A DNA stretch of 61,506 bases from Bacilli bacterium. Lineage in GTDB: Bacteria > Bacillota_I > Bacilli_A > RF39 > UBA660. Under the pieces are notes generated by a model. That model ran no database searches. It was not told where the DNA came from and was given only the letters and a program-made list of their open reading frames with translations. The translations under genes and the position numbers were made by a program. Below, one piece after another: positions 45,401 to 55,719 of this stretch; within the stretch, counting starts at the first letter, position 1; every line of letters starts with the position of its first letter. The stretch covers positions 1 to 61,506 of the forward strand of contig JAZTXB010000029.1 of the NCBI GenBank assembly GCA_045636225.1. Direction: 5' to 3'.

Positions 45401-48400
45401 TATTTAACATTAACCAAAAACCTATCATCTGTTTCTGCAAATTTTTCTGCTATTTTTAATTTTTCTCTAACATTTCCTGATAAATACTCATCAGCAGTAA
45501 CCCAATTATTACACTCACCATATTCAGGGACATTAAATATCTCACCCTCTAATTCTTTTAACATTTTATCCATATCCATTCCACATAGACTTTGCATAAA
45601 TGTTATATCTACTCTTGCTTTTTCAGAAAGTGAAACTACAAGTGCTTCATTTGCACTATCTACTTGTAATATCTTTGTTTTTGGTCTTATAGTTCTTTTG
45701 GTAAACATATCTGCTTTTCTTGCAAGATTTCCGTTTTCATCTAATATTTCTAATGAGCATAATAAATAATAGCTTGAATCATTAGAAAAAGCAGAGTTGT
45801 TTCCTCTGCTATTAATTAACCCATATTTCTTGCTAAAAGCATCATATAAGCGATTTAATTTATCTTGTTGATATTTTATATCTTCTTCTGGATAATCCTC
45901 TGTTTGATACTCTATAAGCGTTCTGACGCAATCTCTAATTTCAATTAGCCCTTTAACTCTATTTTCAGTAGTCATAGCTAATTCTTGTGGATACATTCTA
46001 CTATTTTCTCTGAAATAAATTTTATCATCAACAATTGTATATGAAAAATTCTTAACATTATAATCTGCAGGAATAGATAAATCTTCTTCCTCGCCTATAT
46101 CATCAATTTCATATTCTTTTACTTCAGCGTGTATGTTTGTGATTGCTTCATTTAGCATACTTTCTAAATCTTGACTATCATTTGCTATACAAGCAGAATC
46201 ATAACCAAATCTTGTAGAAATCATTTCCATATTTCCCATTATCATTTCTGGATTATCTACAAAATACTTATTCATTTTGATACCATCTTCATTAGTATCA
46301 AGATATACCCAATCTGGTTCAATATCGGTTATTGAATCTCTTTTTTGCAGGAAGATAATATCTGATGTTACTTCTGTTCCTGCATTAGCTTTGAAAGTAT
46401 TATTAGGTAATCTAATAGCTCCTAATAAATCTGCTCTTTGTGCAATATATCTTCTAACACTAGGATTTTCTTTATCTAATGTCCCTTTAGAAGTTATAAA
46501 CGCAACAACTCCACCTGGTCTTACTTTATCAAGTGTTTTTGCAAAAAAGTAATCGTGTATTAAAAATTTATGTTTGTCATATTTTTTATCTAAAACTTTA
46601 AAATCCCCAAATGGAACATTACCTACTGCAACATCAAAAAAACTATTAGGTAAATTAGTATCTTCAAAGCCTTGAACAGCAATAGACGATTTTTGATATA
46701 ATTGTCTAGCTATTCTTCCACTGATTGAATCAATTTCTACTCCATATATTTTACATTCTGCTAATGAGTCTGGTAACATACCAATAAAATTACCTGTACC
46801 ACAACTTGGTTCTAATATATTCCCAGTTTTTAAGCCCATATTTTCAAGAGCTTTATACATTGATTTAATAACTATTGGTGGAGTGTAAAAAGCTGTTAAA
46901 GTAGAACTTCTTGCTTCTGAATATTCTTTTTCATCTAATATTTCTTTTAAGATAAAATATTCTCTACTCCATGAATTGTCTTTATCATCAAATGCTTGTG
47001 GTAATCCACCCCAACCTACATATTGAGATAGTATTTCTTGTTCTTCTAGCGTTGCAAATCTATTTTCTTCTTCACATTTTTTTAATACTTTAATTGCCTC
47101 TAAATTTCGAGCAAATTTTTCTCGTGGTGTTCCATAACCTAAATTGTTATTTTCTATTCTAAATTGGCTACGATCAGAATTTTTAATTTCTGGGTGTATA
47201 TCAAAAGTATTTACTTTATTTTTAATTTTCTTTTCAAAACTAGGTACAAATTCTTTTTCTTCTTTTTCAGCTAGTATTGATTTAATTTTATCTAACTTTT
47301 CAACTCTAAAAATTGGAAAACCCACTGAATTATTAAAAGTTATATCTTTTAAATTTACTTCATCATTAGTGATATTTTCAATTTTGTATTTTCTATTTTC
47401 TAAATCTAATTCTTTTCCAATAAATTCTTTTTCTTCTGTATTCTTATCAGATTTTTCTTCTAAAATACTTTCATATTTTTTTGAATATTCTTTTATTTTT
47501 TCTAATTCATTATCAGTAATTAATTCAACTTGTCCATTTTCGTTATATACAAAAATATCATTGAAAATAAAATCATAAAATTCCTTTCCTATCCAAGAAT
47601 TATCTTTATCAGTAGCAATAAGATTTTCATTTTCATCATATTTTAATTCTATATCATTTATTTTATGTTTATTTAAAATATGATATATCAATCCAATTTC
47701 GCCATCTTCTTTATCATAAAATTCAACAATTGTTTCTTCTTTAATTAAATGGTCATTACATGGATTTTCTCGCACTTTTCTATCAAATTCTTCTCTGTCC
47801 ATTTCTTTATTAAATAATGGCCATTGATAGTCATATAATCTAACAACTTCATCATCAAAAGCTAATATTTCATACTCATCAGCACCTATATAGACTTTAT
47901 CGCCCAAGTGATATTCATATTCTATAATTTTTTCTGGTTCTTCTTCAGAAACATCATTATCTATTTGTAATGACAGTTCTTTTTCCTTTTCTACAAGCTC
48001 TCTTTTTTGTTCTTCTTTTTCTAACCAATTAGGATATTCATTTAACTCTTTTGAATTTAAAAATCTTTCTTCTTTTATTAAATAAGTAATTCTATCAGCT
48101 AAATAATTCCATTTCAAAAGTTTTTCTGCTCTATTTTCAAAATACCCTCTGTATAATAAAAGTCCTTTTGAACTACTTTCATATCCTATACCAGAACCTT
48201 TTACCGTATATGTCGCTCCACCAAGCCCATATAAATTTTTTAAATATTCTGCATTATCTTTACTTGATAAACTTTTTTGGAATTGCTCATATATCCTATA
48301 CTTTGTTTCAGTATGTTTTTCCTGTAAATATTTATCAATAAACTCTTGTGAAAATACCAAATCAACACTTTGTTCACTGTTTTCATTTTCATCAATTAAA

Positions 48401-49992
48401 GTTAATTGTTGGCTTACTGATGGTAATGTTTTAGTTTTTGTATTAAGTTGATGAAGTAATATCATTGAATCATAATGATATGTTAAATCTTCCCAACTAA
48501 TAAAAGTTTCTGTATCTCGTGATAAAAAATTACCTTTCCAAAATAAAAGTCCATTATCAAATGCCTTATAACCATACATATTATCGTTAATGATAATTCC
48601 AGTATAATCAGAATTAAAAGCATTCTTAATGAACTTTGCTCTTTTACTAATATCTTTTTCAATTTCAAAATAATTTATAATATCTTTATTTGATACCTTT
48701 AAATGTGGTGTTGTACTTAATATTTGATTAACCTTTTCATCAACTACCACATAAGGATGTTTGTTGCTATTTTTATCATAAAAATTTAAGCGTAAATCAA
48801 TTCGTTCGTTACTATCTCCTCTGCTGTCATCTGCAAGTTGTTCATCAACCCTACCCATTTCATTTGGTCTGTTGCTTTCAATTCCTCTGTGATGTTCTCC
48901 TTGATTTTCATTTGAGATACTATCTCTTTCACTCGCATCTCTGCTTGTTGTTGTATCTCTATCAAATGCTCTGTCAATAGGTCTTTCATCAATAATGTTG
49001 TGTATAAAGGTTTCTTCTCTTTCTTCAAATAATTTAACCTCATTATTGCGTATTTCCCTTTCACTTGAAGTTGCTTGTCTTGACTCGGCAACATTAGGTC
49101 TGGAAGTTCGTAGTCCCCCTGTCTTGTGTAAGTTATCTTCATAATTACCACTCCTTTCTGCAATATTCTTGCTTTCATCTATATCATATTCTTTTTGTTT
49201 TTCTCTTTCAAATGTGCGAATTTTATTTATTTCATTAATTCGTAAATTTTTAATAGTTGTATAGATTTCTCTTAATCCCATTTCACTTATCTCACTTGTA
49301 GCTAGTCCTAATCTTGTGATAGTATCATAACTATTAAAATTTAATATGCTTTTAAAATCCTCACTTTCAAAGTAATTATTTGGATTAATTCCACATCTTT
49401 TCATAATAACAAAAGCAATACTATTAGATATTGTTTCTTTCAATAATAATTCTACATTGAGTTCATCTAATTCTTCTAATAAACTATTATCTCTATAAAA
49501 CATTAAATCTGATAAATAATCTTGTAAATTATCTTCAGCAAGTATCTTAGATACGGATATTATCGCTGATGGCAAAGTTTCTTTTGCTTCTAACTCCCCA
49601 TATCTGTTCTCAAGTGATTCTATAATATCCTGCTCATAAGGTTTAGTGACTGACCATAATCTAAAACTTTTACCAAACTTACTATTTGTATCAGCAATAT
49701 CAAATACGTGTTTTAAAATTGTTTCGCCATTTTCATCTGAAATAAGTGCAATTCCTTTAGAACCTTTATTAACCCATCTACCAACATTTTTATTCCAAGT
49801 TTCTATTTCTGCACATGCTACTGCAGTAGGTCTTTGAGCATATATTAAAACTTGGTCATTAAACGGATATTTATAGTTCATAGCTGCACACTCTAAAAAC
49901 GACATCCACTCATTTGGATCTCTACTAATATCTGTTAAAGTTTGACCATATAAATCAGTTATAAGTCTTAATTTCCCTGCCACTTTTTTCAC
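42406..49992 (-). CDS. polyvalent conjugative-element protein: ArdC-N-like domain + N6-adenine DNA methyltransferase + SNF2/DEAH helicase (2,528 aa)
   Basis: ArdC-N-like block (aa ~40-95). MTase motif [11 protein letters not shown] (aa ~1060) and motif IV GNVPFG (aa ~1124). Helicase motif [10 protein letters not shown] (aa ~1728), motif [12 protein letters not shown] (aa ~1891), motif [13 protein letters not shown]. Confidence 0.9.
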   Translation of the reverse strand: MKKVAGKLRLITDLYGQTLTDISRDPNEWMSFLECAAMNYKYPFNDQVLIYAQRPTAVACAEIETWNKNVGRWVNKGSKGIALISDENGETILKHVFDIADTNSKFGKSFRLWSVTKPYEQDIIESLENRYGELEAKETLPSAIISVSKILAEDNLQDYLSDLMFYRDNSLLEELDELNVELLLKETISNSIAFVIMKRCGINPNNYFESEDFKSILNFNSYDTITRLGLATSEISEMGLREIYTTIKNLRINEINKIRTFEREKQKEYDIDESKNIAERSGNYEDNLHKTGGLRTSRPNVAESRQATSSEREIRNNEVKLFEEREETFIHNIIDERPIDRAFDRDTTTSRDASERDSISNENQGEHHRGIESNRPNEMGRVDEQLADDSRGDSNERIDLRLNFYDKNSNKHPYVVVDEKVNQILSTTPHLKVSNKDIINYFEIEKDISKRAKFIKNAFNSDYTGIIINDNMYGYKAFDNGLLFWKGNFLSRDTETFISWEDLTYHYDSMILLHQLNTKTKTLPSVSQQLTLIDENENSEQSVDLVFSQEFIDKYLQEKHTETKYRIYEQFQKSLSSKDNAEYLKNLYGLGGATYTVKGSGIGYESSSKGLLLYRGYFENRAEKLLKWNYLADRITYLIKEERFLNSKELNEYPNWLEKEEQKRELVEKEKELSLQIDNDVSEEEPEKIIEYEYHLGDKVYIGADEYEILAFDDEVVRLYDYQWPLFNKEMDREEFDRKVRENPCNDHLIKEETIVEFYDKEDGEIGLIYHILNKHKINDIELKYDENENLIATDKDNSWIGKEFYDFIFNDIFVYNENGQVELITDNELEKIKEYSKKYESILEEKSDKNTEEKEFIGKELDLENRKYKIENITNDEVNLKDITFNNSVGFPIFRVEKLDKIKSILAEKEEKEFVPSFEKKIKNKVNTFDIHPEIKNSDRSQFRIENNNLGYGTPREKFARNLEAIKVLKKCEEENRFATLEEQEILSQYVGWGGLPQAFDDKDNSWSREYFILKEILDEKEYSEARSSTLTAFYTPPIVIKSMYKALENMGLKTGNILEPSCGTGNFIGMLPDSLAECKIYGVEIDSISGRIARQLYQKSSIAVQGFEDTNLPNSFFDVAVGNVPFGDFKVLDKKYDKHKFLIHDYFFAKTLDKVRPGGVVAFITSKGTLDKENPSVRRYIAQRADLLGAIRLPNNTFKANAGTEVTSDIIFLQKRDSITDIEPDWVYLDTNEDGIKMNKYFVDNPEMIMGNMEMISTRFGYDSACIANDSQDLESMLNEAITNIHAEVKEYEIDDIGEEEDLSIPADYNVKNFSYTIVDDKIYFRENSRMYPQELAMTTENRVKGLIEIRDCVRTLIEYQTEDYPEEDIKYQQDKLNRLYDAFSKKYGLINSRGNNSAFSNDSSYYLLCSLEILDENGNLARKADMFTKRTIRPKTKILQVDSANEALVVSLSEKARVDITFMQSLCGMDMDKMLKELEGEIFNVPEYGECNNWVTADEYLSGNVREKLKIAEKFAETDDRFLVNVKYLKDVQPKDLSASEISVRLGTTWIPPEDIKVFIDYLLNPSWHTSRNIKVHYMESTSQWNIEGKNYDKYNVKSYNTYGTGRANAYKIIEDTLNLKDVRIYDYYEDENGKRVAELNKKETAIAQAKQEQIKLAFEEWVWKDPERRERLTRIYNEKFNSIRPREYDGSHIVFDGINPEIKLRPHQVNAIARILYGGNTLLAHEVGAGKTFEMVAAAMESKRLGLCNKSLFVVPNHIVEQFGQEFLQLYPSANILVTTKKDFETANRKKFCSRIATGDYDAVIISHSQFEKIPMSAERQKAILQKEIDEITFGIQDLKNSNGERFSIKQLEKTKKSLEAKLAKLNDTSRKDDVITFEELGVDRIFVDEAHYYKNLFLYTKMRNVGGIAQTEAQKSSDLYMKCRYLDEITGGKGIIFATGTPISNSMVELYTMQRYLQYSELEKRNLQHFDAWASTFGETTTAIELSPEGTGYRAKTRFAKFYNLPELMAMFKEVADIQTAEMLNLPVPKANYHNIVIQPSEIQKEMVKELADRAERVRNKMVNSTEDNMLKITNDGRKLALDQRLTNEMLEDFENSKVATCANNIYDIWKKTEDDKSAQLLFCDLSTPHNDGKFNVYDDIKNKLINKGIPEEEIVFIHDVNTDIRKQELFSKVRKGQVRVLMGSTQKMGAGTNCQDRLIALHDLDCPWRPSDLIQRSGRIIRQGNKNEEVDIFRYVTEGTFDAYLYQLVENKQRFISQIMTSKTPVRFAEDIDETALSYAEIKALAAGNPLIIEKTELDTQVAKLKLLKQTHLSEIYALEDKVIKFYPTEIKRLENRLENIKKDVEHLNQNTKQIDGFQGMIIRGNEYSEKAEAGQLIIDICKSMTNTEPIEIGEYKGFKMILSFDSFDRKFHLGMKNNLSYDVELGADVHGNITRIDNVLNGIESKIEYAINNLEDTKKQFENAKQEITRPFPQEEELKTKSKRLDELNIALNLNEKDKEIIDDKENDIVDSQVSKRDYER
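48786..49142 (-). CDS. tnpV: TnpV-family protein encoded in the +1 frame inside the polyvalent-protein gene
   Basis: Nested same-strand ORF from the track. From the internal ATG: [71 protein letters not shown]. Own SD AAAGGAGTG ~8 nt upstream. Confidence 0.7.
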   Translation of the reverse strand: MKITYTRQGDYELPDLMLPSQDKQLQVKGKYAIMRLNYLKKEKKPLYTTLLMKDLLTEHLIEIQQQAEMRVKEIVSQMKIKENITEELKATDQMKWVGLMNNLQMTAEEIVTNELIYA

Positions 49993-50004
49993 CTCCTAAC
50001 AATT

Positions 50005-50337
50005 TCAATTAGTATTATCTTTTTTTAATGACTCTCTAACTTTAACTAAAACTTCATAATAATTTGTTTCAACTTCAAATTCATCAATACTATTAAACAA
50101 TATATATACTAAATCTTCTGCTTCATTTTGGAATAATCGTATATATACTAACTCTTCTTTTTGTTCAGTTTCATAAGGAATACTATATCTTAATAATTTA
50201 GTTTTTAACTTATCTGCTTTTTCTTTTAATAATTCATCTTCTCGTTCTATATATATACTTAAGATTTCTAGCAAAAAATTAAAACTTCTTATATTAAATT
50301 TCAAATGAAACGGTGGTCTTCTTCTTTTATGTGCCAT
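50005..50337 (-). CDS. hypothetical protein (110 aa)
   Basis: ORF only. Confidence 0.55.
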   Translation of the reverse strand: MAHKRRRPPFHLKFNIRSFNFLLEILSIYIEREDELLKEKADKLKTKLLRYSIPYETEQKEELVYIRLFQNEAEDLVYILFNSIDEFEVETNYYEVLVKVRESLKKDNTN

Positions 50338-50348
50338 TTTCTTTCCTC

Positions 50349-50543
50349 CTATCTTTCTAAACTTTTTTCTTGTTTTATTTGCATCTTCATTTGTAGTGTA
50401 GCTTGATATTGTTCTAACGCTTCTTTTACTGAAAGGTCTTCAAGTAATTCATCTACTTTTCTTTGTGCTTCTTCTTTGTTTTTAGCTTCAACTTCAAATG
50501 TTATTTTTCCATTTAAATTTACATCTACATCATAATTTTTCAT
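50349..50543 (-). CDS. DpnD/PcfM-like small protein
   Basis: MKNYDVDVNLNGKITFEVEAKNKEEAQRKVDELLE, same pattern as 41745..41957. Confidence 0.45.
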   Translation of the reverse strand: MKNYDVDVNLNGKITFEVEAKNKEEAQRKVDELLEDLSVKEALEQYQATLQMKMQIKQEKSLER

Positions 50544-50773
50544 TTCTTCTCTGCTCCTTTCTCTATTCCTTTACTACCACTTAAATAAGCAGTTACATCT
50601 TTATTCTTTACTGCCTCACGATAGTCAATTATTATTAAAGATTCATCACCTACTAGATTAGGTATTTTTCTTAAATCTTCAATCTTCATAGATATTATTT
50701 TTTTATCAGTATTAAAACCTGCATTAAAAAGTTTTTCTAATGCTCTTGCAATTTGATTTAAGTTTTTATCCAT
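50540..50773 (-). CDS. hypothetical protein (77 aa)
   Basis: ORF only; 4-nt overlap with the downstream gene. Confidence 0.5.
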   Translation of the reverse strand: MDKNLNQIARALEKLFNAGFNTDKKIISMKIEDLRKIPNLVGDESLIIIDYREAVKNKDVTAYLSGSKGIEKGAEKK

Positions 50774-50775
50774 AT

Positions 50776-51129
50776 TTAACCTCTTTTCTCATTTTTTAAA
50801 GTTTTATATTCTTCTTTCTTATGTTTTAGATATTCCAACACAAGTTTTGCAGTATTATTTGAATATTCTTTTTCTAATATTTCTCTTTTTAATAAATCTT
50901 CAAATTTACTTGTATTATAAAAATCTGTACACCTTTTATTTTCCTTAATTTTTTGTCTTAAAAAATTGGCATATATGTTATTATCTTTGATACTACTTCT
51001 TATATTTTTTATTGCCTCATCATAAAATTCAGGTTCTAAATTATCATAATAATCTTTAATAAACGGATTTAAACCACAATTAATTTCTTCTTTTTTAAAG
51101 ATTTGTTTTAACTTTACAATACACCTCAT
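50776..51129 (-). CDS. hypothetical protein (117 aa)
   Basis: ORF only. Confidence 0.5.
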   Translation of the reverse strand: MRCIVKLKQIFKKEEINCGLNPFIKDYYDNLEPEFYDEAIKNIRSSIKDNNIYANFLRQKIKENKRCTDFYNTSKFEDLLKREILEKEYSNNTAKLVLEYLKHKKEEYKTLKNEKRG

Positions 51130-51138
51130 GAATTCCTC

Positions 51139-51804
51139 CTATTTAACTTCAATTTGCTCACATATAACTACAATTTGTTTATTTGTATTATGCTTACAAG
51201 TTATTAATGTCAACGTGCTTTTCTCTGCATTTCTTACTATATGTGCATATCCATTTTTTTCTATTTCATAAGAATTAACCATTTTGTATTTGTACTCTTT
51301 ACCATTATAAGTAATAGTTACAATATCATCATTTTGTAATTTATTTAATTTTCTAAAATAAGATATACTGCTATTGCCACTATGTCCTGCTAATATAACA
51401 TTACCTTTTTCAACATCCGGCATATCTGATTCAGATAATATTTCAATGTTTCTATTAACATTGTTCCAATAACTACCTTTACTTGCTAATCCTTTTTCTA
51501 AACCAATTTTAGGTATTTTAATAACTGCAATATAGTTTATAGTTGGAGTAGTTATTTCTTTCTTTTCCTCTTGCTCTGCAACTTCTTCCTTTACTAATTC
51601 TTCTTCCATTACAGGAACATCTACAACATATTCTTCTTGTTGTTCATAAAAATCATTTATTAAATCCTGTTCTTGCTTTTTATCTAAATAGTTATTCACT
51701 ATCTTTCCACCTAAAATTCCTATACCTACAATTATTAGAAAAGAGCCAACTATAAAAAGTTGACTCTTTCTTTGATTATTGTTTTTTGTTTTTCTTTTTA
51801 GCAT
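51139..51804 (-). CDS. sortase (membrane-anchored transpeptidase)
   Basis: N-terminal TM anchor, ILAGHSG His block, TLTLITC catalytic Cys block; overlaps the adhesin 3' end. Confidence 0.85.
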   Translation of the reverse strand: MLKRKTKNNNQRKSQLFIVGSFLIIVGIGILGGKIVNNYLDKKQEQDLINDFYEQQEEYVVDVPVMEEELVKEEVAEQEEKKEITTPTINYIAVIKIPKIGLEKGLASKGSYWNNVNRNIEILSESDMPDVEKGNVILAGHSGNSSISYFRKLNKLQNDDIVTITYNGKEYKYKMVNSYEIEKNGYAHIVRNAEKSTLTLITCKHNTNKQIVVICEQIEVK

Positions 51805-54800
51805 AAATAATCACTCCTATTCCACTAATCATTAACAATCCAGATATTATTTCTAATACAAAATAATCATTTAATCCTGTATTAGGAACTTCAATTACTA
51901 CTTTCTCATTAACCATATTTGCTTTTACTATTTCGCCATCTTCTAATATTTCAAAAGCCATTTTTTCTTCTGTTAAGATATAACCCTCTGGTGCTTCCTT
52001 TTCTAAAATATAGTATTTTCCATATCTTAATTCTTCAATAATTACTTGTCCATTTTCATCAGTTTTACCAGAGAAAACAAGTTCATCATTTTCTGTATAT
52101 ATTTCTATAACAGTATTTGGAAGAGGCTCACTTGTAGAAATATCAGTTTTAGTAAATTCTAGTGTTCCATAAATAGGTCTGTTTTTCATTTCTGCTTTTA
52201 CTATTTTTCCATTCTCTAATATTTCAAAATATACTTTCTCATCTGTAATAACAAAACCTGTTGCAGCTTCTTTTTCAATGATATAGTATTTTCCATATCT
52301 TAATTCTTCAATTACTACTTTTCCGTTTTCATCAGTTTTACCAGAGAAAACAAGTTCATCTTTTGAATTATAAATTTCAATTAGAGTATTTGGAATAACT
52401 TCACCATTTACTAAATCAGTTTTAGTAAATTCTAGCGTTCCTGTTCTAAATTTATTTGTTATAGTTTTTTCAATTACTGCACCTTCTTCAACTACATCAA
52501 AATAAATTTTCTCATCACTTAAAACATAAGAGTCTAGTGTAGATATTTCTTTGAAATAGTATTTACCATATTCTAAAACAACTTCAAAATATCCATTTTC
52601 ATCTGTTGTGTGTTCACTTATTAGTTTATCTTCTAAATTATAAACTCCAAACTTAACACCAGATAATAATGATCCATCTTCATCATCTTTTGTAATTTTT
52701 AATGTTGAAGATATCTTTTTGTTATTCATCTCGGCTTTTACTATTTCGCCATTCTCTTTTATTTCAAATAACACCTTTTCATCAGAAGATACATAACCCT
52801 CAATAGGATTTACTTCAACTATATAGTATTTTCCAACGGCTAATTCTTTAACTACAATTTTTCCGTTTTCATCAGTTTTACCAGAATAAATTAACTCATC
52901 TTTTTCAGTAAAGATATTGAATTCTACATTTGGTATTGGCTCACTTGTAGAATAATCAGTTTTAGTAAATTCTAGTGTACCTTTTTTCAAATAATTAAAT
53001 GCTTTGTAAGTATCATATACAATAGCAGTTTTATTATCTTTTTCAGTTAGTTCAAAATGATATTCTTTTGTATCTAAAACAAAATTATCTTTTGTTTCTA
53101 CTTCTACTAAATAATATTTTCCTAGTGGAAGTTTCTTACTCTTAATATAACCATCTTCATTAGTAGTAAGTGTTTCTACTAAATCCCCTTTGTTGTAATA
53201 TAAATAATTACCATCAGCTGATTTAATATCTTCATCTGCATATAAATTGAACTTAATACCATTTAATTTAATATCTTGATATTTAAAAGTTCCATCTTCT
53301 GCCACAAAAATTTCACCAGTTTTAAATATCTCAACTTGTCCTTTTATTGGAGTATTTTTAAATTCTACAACTACAATAGCACCATAAGTTGTGTAATTAT
53401 ATTCTGTATCTTCCCCAATAGTAAATTTTAATCCATCTTTTGAAATTAAATAACCTGTTGGACTTTCAATTTCAACTAATTTATAATTCCCTGCCTCTAA
53501 TTTTAAATATGTTGTAAAAGTTCCATTTTCATCAGTTAGAAAATTGTCATATACTTTTCCACCTACATATTGGCTAACATATTGATTAGTGTCAGTATTT
53601 AATATTTTGAATTTTGTATTTGCTATTGCTATTGTTTTACCTGTTTCACTATCTTTCTTAAATACTTGAAGATAAGCAGATATTTTATTATTTAAAATAT
53701 TATAATATTGTTCTTTCTCACTATTCTCATCTACTGTGATATAGAAGTCATAGATTTTTTCAAATCCTGTGTTGCTATTTACTTGATGGAATTTCCATAC
53801 TCCGTAAGGAATTTCAATAGTAGCATAACCATTTTTATCAGTTTTAATTTCGCCATATTTTGTTCCATCTGGATAGAATATTTCAAAAGTAATATTTGCC
53901 TCTGCATTTAAGAATGTTGTATTTCCATTAACATAGTCATATTGTTTTAAAATACTTATAAAATTCTTAATTACATCATTTTCTACTGTTACTGAATAAT
54001 CTTTCTTTTCAGAAATAAATTGTTCTTTAACTTCTGTTGTTAAATAGTATCCCTTTGGTGCAGATACTTCTTTGATAGTATATTTTCCATAAGGTAAATA
54101 TTTTGTTGTTGCTGTGCAATCATCACCAGTAGTTATTGTATCAACAACATTATTGTTATGGTCTATAACATTGAATTTTGCACCTTTTAAAGTTGCTTGT
54201 CCTAATGCTTTGCAAGAATTAGTTTCACTATCGTGTTTAACAACTTTAATTCTTCCTTTTATTACTTCATCTTTTGAAATTACTGATACAATATCACTAT
54301 TTTTGATATCTACTGTATAAGTATTTGAATCTAAATAATAACCTGTTGGTGCAGATACTTCTTTGATAGTATATTTTCCATAAGGAAGATATTTACTTGT
54401 AGCACTACAATCATCACCAGTAGTTATTGTATCAACAACATTGTTATTTTTATCTCTAATTTCATATTTTGCACCTTTTAAAGTTGCTTGTCCTAATGCT
54501 TTGCAAGAATTAGTTTCACTATCATATTTAACAACTTTGATTTTTCCTTTAATAACATTATCTTTAACAGTTACATTAACTGTATCGCTTGAATTAACTG
54601 TTATAGTATAAGTTGTTTTATCTAATTCATAACCTGTTGGTGCAGATACTTCTTTTATTGTATAAGTTCCTAGTGGCAAGTTATTTGTTATAGCTGTCAT
54701 ATCTTCGCCAATAGTCAAAGTAGATACAACACTACCACTTGAATTTATAACATTATATTTAGCACCTACTAATGTCGCAGAGCCTTGTGGTGTTGTGCTA

Positions 54801-55654
54801 TTTGTTTCTGCATCTACTTTCTTTATTTGAATTTTGCCACCTAAAACATTAAACTTTGCAGTTGCAACAACAGGATCTGAAAATCTAAAATATCCCATTT
54901 TTTGTGAAGCACCATCATTTCCGTGATAAACAATAGTTGTATAATTATCATAGTGTTTTCTAACTACATTTAAAGATAAATTGCCTGTTGCTAAAGGTGT
55001 AACATATATATCGTTACCCTCTATTCTTACATTAAGGTTATCAGCAGAATATAATTGATATTCTCCCATCAACCCATTTGTATCAGTAATTTTATATTCT
55101 TTACCAATTATAACTTCCATTGAACTACCATTGAAGCTAGGTTTGTTATAATGAGCATTTACTAATCTCATTATTTCATTTTTTTCTGCATTTACATTTA
55201 TATAATCACCATAACCATATTGTTCAGTCCAAAACTCTATAATTTGTCCACCTGTTGTTTCCCATATAAGAGCTTGTGTTGCCATTCTATATCTTAGTGT
55301 TTGATGTCCTGGATAATCATATCCATAATGACCAATCAATTCTATTTTTTTATTTGTAGCCTCATCATAAGGAGAAGCTTGTAATCCATCATATCCTAAA
55401 TATGCACTTGTTGTTATATCAACACCTGGTTCTATACAATAAACAACTTTTCCGTTCATTGTATATTGTTCATATTGTGCTGATAAGTAAGGTTTACCAC
55501 CACCACGTCTTGTATAATAAACATTTGGTGTTTTAGGATGTGATAATGTTTCATTGTATGTTGCTGCTTTTACTTGAGATGGATTTAAAAAGTTAAAAAC
55601 ACCAAATAAAGTAAAAACTAGCAAGAACATTGATATTATTTTCTTCCTATTCAT
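51776..55654 (-). CDS. cell-wall-anchored adhesin: signal peptide, thioester domain, multiple CnaB/SpaA-type repeats, VPNTG sorting signal
   Basis: Thioester-domain hallmarks VVYCIEPG (Cys ~72) and MATQALIWE (Gln ~127); repeated GTYTIKEVSAPTGY / GTLEFTKTD...GKYY modules; C-terminal VPNTG + hydrophobic helix + KKKNKKQ. Confidence 0.9.
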   Translation of the reverse strand: MNRKKIISMFLLVFTLFGVFNFLNPSQVKAATYNETLSHPKTPNVYYTRRGGGKPYLSAQYEQYTMNGKVVYCIEPGVDITTSAYLGYDGLQASPYDEATNKKIELIGHYGYDYPGHQTLRYRMATQALIWETTGGQIIEFWTEQYGYGDYINVNAEKNEIMRLVNAHYNKPSFNGSSMEVIIGKEYKITDTNGLMGEYQLYSADNLNVRIEGNDIYVTPLATGNLSLNVVRKHYDNYTTIVYHGNDGASQKMGYFRFSDPVVATAKFNVLGGKIQIKKVDAETNSTTPQGSATLVGAKYNVINSSGSVVSTLTIGEDMTAITNNLPLGTYTIKEVSAPTGYELDKTTYTITVNSSDTVNVTVKDNVIKGKIKVVKYDSETNSCKALGQATLKGAKYEIRDKNNNVVDTITTGDDCSATSKYLPYGKYTIKEVSAPTGYYLDSNTYTVDIKNSDIVSVISKDEVIKGRIKVVKHDSETNSCKALGQATLKGAKFNVIDHNNNVVDTITTGDDCTATTKYLPYGKYTIKEVSAPKGYYLTTEVKEQFISEKKDYSVTVENDVIKNFISILKQYDYVNGNTTFLNAEANITFEIFYPDGTKYGEIKTDKNGYATIEIPYGVWKFHQVNSNTGFEKIYDFYITVDENSEKEQYYNILNNKISAYLQVFKKDSETGKTIAIANTKFKILNTDTNQYVSQYVGGKVYDNFLTDENGTFTTYLKLEAGNYKLVEIESPTGYLISKDGLKFTIGEDTEYNYTTYGAIVVVEFKNTPIKGQVEIFKTGEIFVAEDGTFKYQDIKLNGIKFNLYADEDIKSADGNYLYYNKGDLVETLTTNEDGYIKSKKLPLGKYYLVEVETKDNFVLDTKEYHFELTEKDNKTAIVYDTYKAFNYLKKGTLEFTKTDYSTSEPIPNVEFNIFTEKDELIYSGKTDENGKIVVKELAVGKYYIVEVNPIEGYVSSDEKVLFEIKENGEIVKAEMNNKKISSTLKITKDDEDGSLLSGVKFGVYNLEDKLISEHTTDENGYFEVVLEYGKYYFKEISTLDSYVLSDEKIYFDVVEEGAVIEKTITNKFRTGTLEFTKTDLVNGEVIPNTLIEIYNSKDELVFSGKTDENGKVVIEELRYGKYYIIEKEAATGFVITDEKVYFEILENGKIVKAEMKNRPIYGTLEFTKTDISTSEPLPNTVIEIYTENDELVFSGKTDENGQVIIEELRYGKYYILEKEAPEGYILTEEKMAFEILEDGEIVKANMVNEKVVIEVPNTGLNDYFVLEIISGLLMISGIGVIIYAKKKNKKQ
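51905..52981 (-). repeat. four tandem ~90-codon CnaB-type coding repeats
   Basis: Units starting GTLEFTKTD (aa ~892, 1072, 1163) and STLKITKDD (aa ~983). Confidence 0.8.
53975..54838 (-). repeat. three tandem ~97-codon coding repeats, the last two nearly identical
   Basis: KGKIKVVKYDSETNSCKALGQATLKGAKYEI... vs KGRIKVVKHDSETNSCKALGQATLKGAKFNV... Confidence 0.8.
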
Positions 55655-55675
55655 AATTTTTATCTTTCCTTTCCA

Positions 55676-55702
55676 AAATAAAAAGCAATCTTCATTGATT
55701 GC
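55676..55702 (-). terminator. rho-independent terminator
   Basis: Minus strand GCAATC-aatgaa-GATTGC followed by TTTTTATTTT. Confidence 0.6.
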
Positions 55703-55719
55703 CTTTGCTTATAAAATAT

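Noticed and set aside
48483-48668. Other same-strand nested ORFs (48483..48668 inside the giant gene, 56073..56276 inside the E/K-rich gene, 60506..60700 inside the beta-lactamase-fold gene, 40056..40280 over the XRE gene 3' end, 1973..2200)
   Set aside because: Unlike the TnpV-like nested ORF, these have no SD, no family resemblance and composition-driven sequences (K/N/Q or hydrophobic runs). They are probably chance open frames.
51905-54838. Possible CRISPR array or non-coding tandem repeat
   Set aside because: The only long tandem repeats are in-frame protein modules of the adhesin gene. I saw no short repeat-spacer periodicity in any non-coding region.
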